Source of the DNA: the human T2T-CHM13v2.0 reference genome, Homo sapiens
Assembly: GCF_009914755.1 (NCBI RefSeq)
Contig: NC_060928.1
Direction: 5' to 3' (one strand)
Length of the DNA stretch: 64,000 nucleotides
A program made the position numbers and the translations under genes. The notes under the pieces are model-generated. The model saw only the letters and a program-made list of their open reading frames with translations, did not search any database and was not told where the DNA came from. Shown here piece after piece: positions 55,610 through 64,000 of the stretch. Numbering within the stretch: the first letter of the stretch is position 1; every line of letters begins with the position of its first letter.

Positions 55610-56900
55610 AAACATTTTGTTGATCCATTCATCCATCCATGGAAACCTTAAGTTGCTTCTACCTTCTGGCTATTGTGAATAATATTGTTATGAACATTTA
55701 TATATTAATACTCCAGTTACTGCTTTCAGTTCTTTTGGATGTATACCCATAAGTGGAATCACTGGATTATATAGTAACTCTGTGTTTTTTGTGTGTGTTT
55801 TTGTCTGTGTGTGTTTTTGTTTTTTGTTTTTTTTTGAGGGACTGCCATACTGTTTCCCATAGAGTTTTCACCATTTTACATTCCCACAAGTAGTGCACAA
55901 GAGTTCCATTTCTCCACAACCTGGCTAACAATTACCATTTTTTTTATGGTAGCCATTCTAATGGATATGAAGTGATAGGTCATTGTGGTTCCAATTTGCA
56001 TTTCCCTAATGATTAGTGGTGTTGAGCATCTTTTTATGTGTTTATTGACACTTTATATATCTTCTTTGGAGAAACGTCTGTTCACATCCCTTGTCGATTT
56101 TTTAACCAGGTTTTTTTTTTTTGTTATTGAGTTGTAGGAGTTCTTTATGTATTATGGATATTAAGCCCTCACCAGATAAATGATTTGGAAATATTTTCTC
56201 CTGCAACACAGAAGTTTTTTTGTTTTAAGTAGTGGGGTCTTGCTGTGTTGCCCAAGCTGGCATCGAACTCTTGGGCTCAGGTGATCCTCCCACCTCAGCC
56301 TCCCAAGTAGCTGGGACTACAGGTGTGTGCCACCACACCAGCTTCACAGGAGTGTTTATTTTTATTTCTAATTTTTATTATTTTCTTTCTTTCTTTTTTT
56401 CGAGACAGAGTCTCGCTCTGTCGCCCAGGCTGGATTGCAGTGACACAATCTCGGCTTACTGCAGCCTCTGCCTCCTGGGTGTTCAAGCAGTTCTCCTGCC
56501 TCAGCTTCCCACGTAGCTGGGATTACAAACATGCACCACCATGCCTGGCTAATTTTGTGTTTTTAATAGAGATGGTGTTTTACCATGTTGGCCAGGCTGG
56601 TCTCGAACTCCTGACCTCAGGTGATCCACCTGCCTCAGCTTCCCAGAGTGCTGGGATTACAGGTGTGAGCCACTGCATGCGGCCAGGAGTTTTTAACTTT
56701 GATAAAATTGTCGTGCATATTCTCGTATTTTTTGCTTTGGTTTCCTGTACCTTTGATGTCATATCCAAGGAATCATTGCCAAATTCAGTGTCATGAAGTT
56801 TTCTCCCTTATGTTTTTGCTTTCTAGCTCTTACATTTAGGTCTTTGATCCATTTTGAGTTAATTTTTATATATGGTATAATGTAAGGGTCCAGCTTCACT
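55610..56900 (-). mobile_element. L1M ORF2 3' fragment interrupted by Alus
   Basis: ttctggctattgtgaataat...atttgcatttccctaatgattagtggtgttgagcatct...taggtctttgatccattttgagtt. Confidence 0.8.
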
Positions 56901-58780
56901 AATTTGAGAGATTATCAGTTTTCTTTTTTTCTGTTTTTTTTTTTTGTGTGTGTGTTTTGTTTGTTTGTTTGTTTGTTTTTTGAGATGGAGTCTGGCTCTG
57001 TCGCCCAGGCTGGAGTGCAGTGATCTTGACTCATTTCAAGCTCTGCCTCCCGGATTCACGCCATTCTCCTGCCTCAGCCTCCAGAGTAGCTGGGACTACA
57101 GGCGCCTGCCACCACGCCCGGCTAATTTTTTTGTATTTTAGTAGAGACGGAGTTTCACCATGTTTGCCAGGATGGTCTCGATCTCCTGACCTTGTGATTC
57201 ACCCACCTCGGCCTCCCAAAGTGTTGGGATTACAGGCATGAGCCACTGCGCCCGGCCCAGGATTATCAGTTTTCAAGAAAAGTGTTTATTGCCTTGTTGA
57301 GATATATGTTAGACTACCTATGTGATAGTATGAAGGACTTGCAAGATTTAGATGCTTTTATTTTACATGCCTTTATGTTTTTCTTTCAAATTAAAATAAA
57401 TATTATGAGTTTAATAGTTGCCTTAGTATTAAATACTTCCTTTGAGTGAAAATTTTTCTTTGCTATTCAGGTAAATTTCCTTTAAATAAATAATTTTATT
57501 AAAAATTACATAAGATTTTGTTTCAGGTGACACCATGGATTTTAAAATTAGATTGCTTAGAAAGTCCATTGGAAAATTAAATAGTGCGCTTAAGTGTTGT
57601 ATATTTCATTGGTTATATTTTGTCTTTGTGTTCCTTATGTTATTTTTGGTGGTTTAAGTCAGCTTTATGCTGATAACATCTAGGTAGCTTTTGATATGTA
57701 TGTGCCTTTAAACATTCTCTTTGAAATTACTCAAACTATCAAATGAAATTAGAGAAAGAATTTCCCCTTGTTATTGTGAGACTAGAAAGACGGGCCATTG
57801 CGGTGTCTTACACCTGTAATCCCAGCACTTTGGGAGGCAGAAGTGGACGGTTCACCTGAGGTCAGGAGTTTGAGACCAGCCTGGCCAACACGGTAAAACC
57901 CCGTCTCTACCAAAAAAAAAAAAAAAAAAAAAATCAGCCAGGCATGGTAGCAGGCGCCTGTAATCCCAGCCACCCAGGAGGCTCTGAGGCAGAAGAATTG
58001 CTTGAACCTGGGAGGCAAAGGTTGCAGTGAGCCAAGATTGCACCACTGCACTCCAGCCTGGGGGACAGAGTGAGACTTCGTTTCCAAAAAAAAAAAAAAA
58101 AAAAAAATGTAAAAAATGGTGAGTAGAAAGACAAGAATGAACATTTGAGGACTGAGTTTGGCTTTTTGTTTTGACTCATGTCTTAAAAGAATATTGTGCA
58201 TTTAAAAGAGATGAGGTTTCACCATCTTGCCCAGGCTGGTCTCAAACCCCTGGGTTCAAGCGATCTTCCTGCCTCAGCCTCTCAAAGTACAGAGATTACA
58301 GGCATGAACCACCGTGCCTGGTCCTATTTTTAATTTTTTGAGGAAACTCCATACTGTTTTTCCATAATGGTTGTACTAATTTGTATTCCCACCAGCAGTG
58401 TGCGAGGGTTTCCTTTCCTTTACATCATCACCAACACTTGTTCATTGTTTTTATAGTAGCCGTTCTAACGAGTGCTAGGTGATATCTCATTTTGGTTTAT
58501 TTTTTATTTATCTATTTTTGATGGAGTATCACTCTGTCACCCAGGCTAGAGTGCAGTGGCATGATCTCAGCTCACTGCAACCTCAGCCTCCCAAATAGCT
58601 GGGATTAGAGGTGTGCACTATCACGGCCAGAAAATTTTTGTGTATTTAGTAGAGATGGGGTTTCGCCATGTTGCCCAGGTAGGTCTCGAGCTCCTGACCT
58701 CAAGTTCAGGTGATCTGCCCACCTCAGCCTTCCGAAGTATTGGGATTACAGACATGAGCCACCATGCCCACCCTAATTAA

Positions 58781-58850
58781 CAGTATTTGTCAAATTTTAA
58801 TGTGCATCAGAATCACCTGGAGGACCTGTTAAAACAACCCTGGAGTTTCT
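58781..58850 (+). mobile_element. MER5A (hAT-Charlie) left part, split by the ZBTB12 retrocopy
   Basis: tgtgcatcagaatcacctggagg...gttaaaaca...gagtttct matches the MER5A 5' half as recalled. Confidence 0.8.
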
Positions 58851-61341
58851 TTTTGGTTTTTTTTTTTTTCGTTTTGTTTTTTGTTTTTTATTTTGTGGAA
58901 AACAAAAGTAGAAAAACTAAAACCCCAAACTCCAGAAAAAATCCTAAAAAATGTTTTTTCTTAAAAAATACTGTATGTCTCTACTCCTCTCCCTCCCTCC
59001 CAACAGCCCTTCTTGTGTTCTTTTCTAAGTGCCTTACCCCCCCACCCCCATGACTATCCATTGTTCTTGCTATTGTGCCCCCACTTCCCAATATCTATCC
59101 AGGATGTGCACCCCATGTTCTCTTACCTGGCGTCTTACTTTTTTCTCCCTCAAATTTCAGCAAGCCTCATACTTGCAGTCTCATTTCGCCAGCATGCAAG
59201 AACTGTCTCCCCCTTCCTTTTCTGGGACTCAATAATCTTTTCCCCTTACCACTCCCTCACCCCAGGCCTATTATAAGCAGGAGCATGTCCTCCTGCCAAA
59301 TTCCCTCCCTGTTCCCACCCACCCCCCAACCCTTCTTATCTCGAGAAATGTCAGAACCTTCCCCTGGGCAGGCTTAGCCAGGAATAAAACATTTTTGTCT
59401 TCCCTCGTTCTATAGGACCCTTTTCCCTCCCTCCACATACACATGCGCCTCTAAGAGAAGGAAATCTTTCTCTGGGACCCCGTATTCCCCTGGCCTACTC
59501 CAAGAACCCTGTCCCCCGCTCCAGCTTCTTGCACTCTCAAGAGCAACAACAGTCTTCTCTCCAAGGAATCATCTTCCCTCTCTCAGGATGTGTGCATCTG
59601 CTCAGCCTCCCACTCTTACCTTTCTGCCCCAGACCCCCCACCCACCAATTCTCCTGGGCCAAAGAGCCCTTTCCCCACCTAGCCCAGGGACCCCAGCCTC
59701 CGGGCCTCCACGCCTGCGCGGCTAGCGGATGAGGACATTAATCTCGGCCACACTGGTCTCCAGCACGTTCTCGGCGGTGGTCTTGCCGTGTTGCTCCTTG
59801 AGATGCCGCCTAATGGCAGGCTTGTGGGCGAAGCGCATGTCGCAGTAGGAGCAGCGGTAGGGCTGCGCTCCCGAGTGCAGGTTGAGGTGGTCGTGCAGGG
59901 TGGACTTCTGTGTGAAGCACTTGCCGCAGATGCCGCACGAGTGTGACTTGACACCACGATGCACGTTCCTGTGGTGGTTGAGGTTGTTGCTGTGGTTGAA
60001 CTCCTTGCCACAGCGAGGGCACATGAAGATGAAGTGCTGCTGCCGCATGTGGAAGACCAGCTTCTCCACGCCCTGGAACACTTCCGGGCACTTGGTGCAC
60101 TTGATGTTCTTTAAGGGGTTTCCACCTGAGAAGCTCCCAGGCAGGGGTCCCTGGCTGCCCCCCGCCCCCCGGGCAACCATGGCCGCCGCTGCTGCTTCCA
60201 CCAGGCCCGAGGTGGCCCCCACGCTGGCCCGGCCTCCCGGAGTCAACAGCAGGCTCTCCCCTTCTGCGTTCTCCGACAGGCTATAGCAGGCCTTCACCAC
60301 ACCCTGCGGTGGGGCCACAGTGCTGGGGGGCACGCTGCTCTGGGCCAGCTCCCCAAGGTGGCCACCCACGGAGCCTCCAATGCCCAGGCCCCCTCCCAGG
60401 CCTCCAGGGGGCTTGAGCCGGTGTGCGATGTCCAGGGCCGACTCCACCTTGACGATGCAGATGTCAGATACGTCCTCATCCTCATCCTCTTCCTCGGCTT
60501 TCAGCTCCAAGTCCTCATCCAGTGGGAACTCCAGCTTCACTGGCCGCAGGAGTGGAGGGGATAGAGGAGGTGGGGGGTGGGGGCTTCGGGGCTGGCTTTG
60601 GGGTCCTGGCTGGAGGGAGGAGGGACTTGTTGGCGCTGACGCTGCTCACAAGGCTAGCCTCACGGACCCCATCCTCTTTGAGGCCTATTTTGGGCTCAGT
60701 GAACTGGCTGAGGGCATTCTGGCATTTCTCCACCACGTGCTCCATCTGCAGGTAGGAGGTGGCTGTAAGATAGTTGACGATGTCCCTAACAGCGAATTCC
60801 AGGGTGCCCGTGTAGCAGGAGAGAAGCAGGTCGGCCACGATGCGTGCACTGTGCATCAGGGAGACCTGCAGCTCCGAGCTGGGGTTAAGCAGGAACTGGT
60901 CCCGCAGGAACGGTGAGCAGGCGGCTAAGATGACCTTGTGGCCTCGAAACTTGAGGCTGTCGGCCACAATGGTCACGTCGCAGAACCACTCCTCTGCCCG
61001 GAGCTTGTTCATGTTCCGTAGCGTAGCGGCCTAGTGGCCGGGCAGCTGGAAGCGCAGGACTTCACCCCAGAGGCCATTGTGGCGGGGGTGGGCAACCCTG
61101 GCCCGGTTCCGCGCGCTGTTTTTTTTTAATCCCCTATTTTCCCCACCCCCGCGGGGCCGGAAGCGCCCCCTACACACGGGCAGAGCCAGGGCAGCATGTA
61201 GGCGCAGGGCGGGAGGGTGTATGGGGCGCGCTCGCGCTGGCGGGGCCGGCTCCACGTGGGCGTAAAGGGGTAGGGGCGGGAGCGGCTCGTGCGGTGTGTT
61301 CCAGGCCTCGCGCGCGCGGCGACGGCGTCGGCTAGGACTCA
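58851..61341 (-). pseudogene. ZBTB12BP: ZBTB12 processed pseudogene (BTB + 4 C2H2 zinc fingers), full length with 5'UTR, 3'UTR and poly(A), antisense in UBE2K intron 4
   Basis: Ancestral ATG at 61077 (MASGV...), stop at 59722-59724 (...EINVLIR*). Disablements: 1-nt deletion after codon 5, TAG at 61031-61033, +1 frameshift in the C-run near 60572-60577. AATAAA at 58887-58892 (minus), A-tail ~58851-58869, perfect TSD AACCCTGGAGTTTCT at 58836-58850 and 61342-61356. Symbol recalled from memory. Confidence 0.93.
61078..61341 (-). promoter_or_regulatory. CpG-rich 5' region of the ZBTB12 retrocopy with ETS, E-box and GC-box motifs
   Basis: Many intact CpGs (gcgcgcgcggcgacggcgtcg); CCGGAAG 61157-61163, CACGTG 61253-61258, GGGCGG at ~61207 and ~61274. 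Function is inferred only. Confidence 0.45.
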
Positions 61342-61436
61342 AACCCTGGAGTTTCTGATTCAGTAGCTCTGGGATAGAGAAAACTTCCCAAGGGATGCTG
61401 ATGCTGCTGGTTGGATGAACAACACTGAGATCATTG
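61342..61436 (+). mobile_element. MER5A right part
   Basis: gagtttctgattcagtag...tgctgatgctgctggt...acactgaga continues MER5A exactly from the TSD. Confidence 0.8.
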
Positions 61437-61661
61437 CTTTAAGACATCCATTGTTGGTTGTTGGCAATAACTTAACTTTTTGGCTAGGGGTGGAGGTGTA
61501 GGAGACAGTCTGGCTGTCTCCCTCAGGCTGGAGTGCGGTGGCGCCATCTGGACTCACTATAACCTTCGCCTCCCAGGTTCGAGCGATTCCTGCCTCAGCC
61601 CCTCAAGTAACTGGGATTACAAGCATGTGCCACCACATCTGGCTAATTTTTGTATTTTTAG

Positions 61662-61802
<141 letters not shown>

Positions 61803-62321
61803 TAGGGAAGTACTATTTATGTACCAAACTTGGGAAAATTGAGAAAACAGTCACTAATTTTTTCTATTTTGTGGTTCAAATCAGGAACCCAGTTGAAAAA
61901 GGCTGGTTTAGAGTAATTGGCTAGTTGTCGTGGCTCACACCTATAATCCCATCACTTTCGGGGGCTGAGGTGGGAGGACTGCTTGAGCTCAGGAGTTCAA
62001 GACCAGCCTGGGTAACATGGTGAAACCCTGTCTCTACCAAAAAAAAAAAAATTGTTTTTAATTAGCTGGGCGTGGTGGCGTGCACCTGTAGTCCCAGCTA
62101 CTCAGGAGGCTGAGGTATGAGAATCACCTGAGCCAAAGAGGTCAAGGCTACAGTGAGCCTTGATTGTACCACTGCACTTTAGCCTAGGCAGCGTGAGACC
62201 CTATCTCAAAAAAAGAAAAAAAGAAGAATGATCTAATTTACATGGTAAAAATGGGCATTCTCTTTACATGTAACATTTTTAATATGTCCACATATTTATA
62301 CATACCTCTATTAATTGATAA

Positions 62322-62543
<222 letters not shown>

Positions 62544-62886
62544 TGAACTCCTGACCTCAGATGATTGCCCGCCCTGGCCTCCCAAAGTGTTGGGATTACA
62601 GGTGTGAGCCACCGCGCCCAGCCAGTGAGACAACTTTTTTAACAGAAATGCCAAGAATTATTGCTAGACAGGTAGATACTATTTTTTAGACAAATATTAG
62701 CTTTATAAAGATATTTTCCTTATAAATACATTTAGAATCATAAATTAAGTGATGTAGTTTAATCCAAAAAACTTGTCCTGTTTCAGAATGTTATGGAATG
62801 ATTTCATATTTTCTTGAAAATATGGCCGGGCGCGGTGGCTCAAGCCTGTAATCCCAGCATTTTGGGAGGCCAAGGCGGGCGGATCA

Positions 62887-63189
<303 letters not shown>

Positions 63190-63275
63190 CTATTAGTACT
63201 AATGATTTATCACTTTAACTTTGTTTAGAGAAATGGATAGAAAAATAAGTGAGTGGATAAAACTAACAAGAAGGT

Positions 63276-63571
<296 letters not shown>

Positions 63572-64000
63572 TAAACTAACAAGAAGGATCTTGGCAACAA
63601 GAAAAACAAGGATAGTTCAGAATTCGAGTTGTCTTAAGAAATAGAAAAGCTGGCCGAGTGTAGTAGCTCACACCTGTAACCCTAACCTTTGGGAGGCCAA
63701 GGTGGATGGATCACCTGAGCTCAGAAGTTCGATACCAGCCTAGGCAACATGGCAAAACCCCGTCTTTACGAAAAAAGGAAAAACAAAAAAAATGCTGGGT
63801 GTGGTGGTGTGTGCCTGTAGTCCCAGCTACTCGTGAGGCTGAGGCAGGAGAATCGCTTGAGCCCAGGAGGCGGAGGTTGCAGTGAGACAAGATAGTGCCA
63901 CTGCCCACTCCAGCCTGAGCGGCAGAGCAAGACACTGTCATTAAAAAAAAGAAAAAAGGCCGGGCGCAGGTGGTTTTTCATGCCTGTAATCCCAGCACAT

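Noticed and set aside
59383-59388. Sense-strand AATAAA inside the ZBTB12 retrocopy as an intronic poly(A) site for UBE2K
   Set aside because: A hexamer alone is weak evidence and many occur in the window.
60555-60604. G-run cluster with G-quadruplex potential
   Set aside because: It is simply the antisense of the polyproline codons, with no independent evidence of function.
59882-61034. Plus-strand ORFs of 134 and 198 aa
   Set aside because: Antisense shadows of the GC-rich ZBTB12 coding sequence.

Overview
Human (primate) genomic DNA: an extremely Alu-dense, mostly intronic stretch of UBE2K (HIP2/E2-25K, ubiquitin-conjugating enzyme; 4p14 from memory) on the + strand. It covers part of intron 1 through most of intron 4. 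Only three real coding exons are present: exon 2 (27047-27140), exon 3 (35386-35444) and exon 4 (45277-45359, carrying the HPN motif and catalytic Cys92). Intron 2 uses a non-canonical GC donor. The introns hold a full-length antisense ZBTB12 processed pseudogene (15-bp TSD, inserted into a MER5A), a 5'-truncated antisense RPS7 retrocopy ending in oligo-T rather than poly(A), a full-length 7SL pseudogene, a complete solo LTR12 (ERV9), an MSTB LTR, DNA-transposon relics and L1/L2/MIR fragments. Almost all entries in the ORF track are Alu artefacts. I see no solid evidence for a wholly new biological system. The best candidates for a second look are the ZBTB12 retrocopy (split into a BTB-only ORF coupled to a uORF by an AUGA overlap, plus an intact 4-zinc-finger ORF, behind a retained CpG-rich 5' end), an unidentified 85-bp structured insert with a T-tail, and several short templated-duplication scars. 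Repeat-family names and parent-gene comparisons are from memory and were not checked by search.
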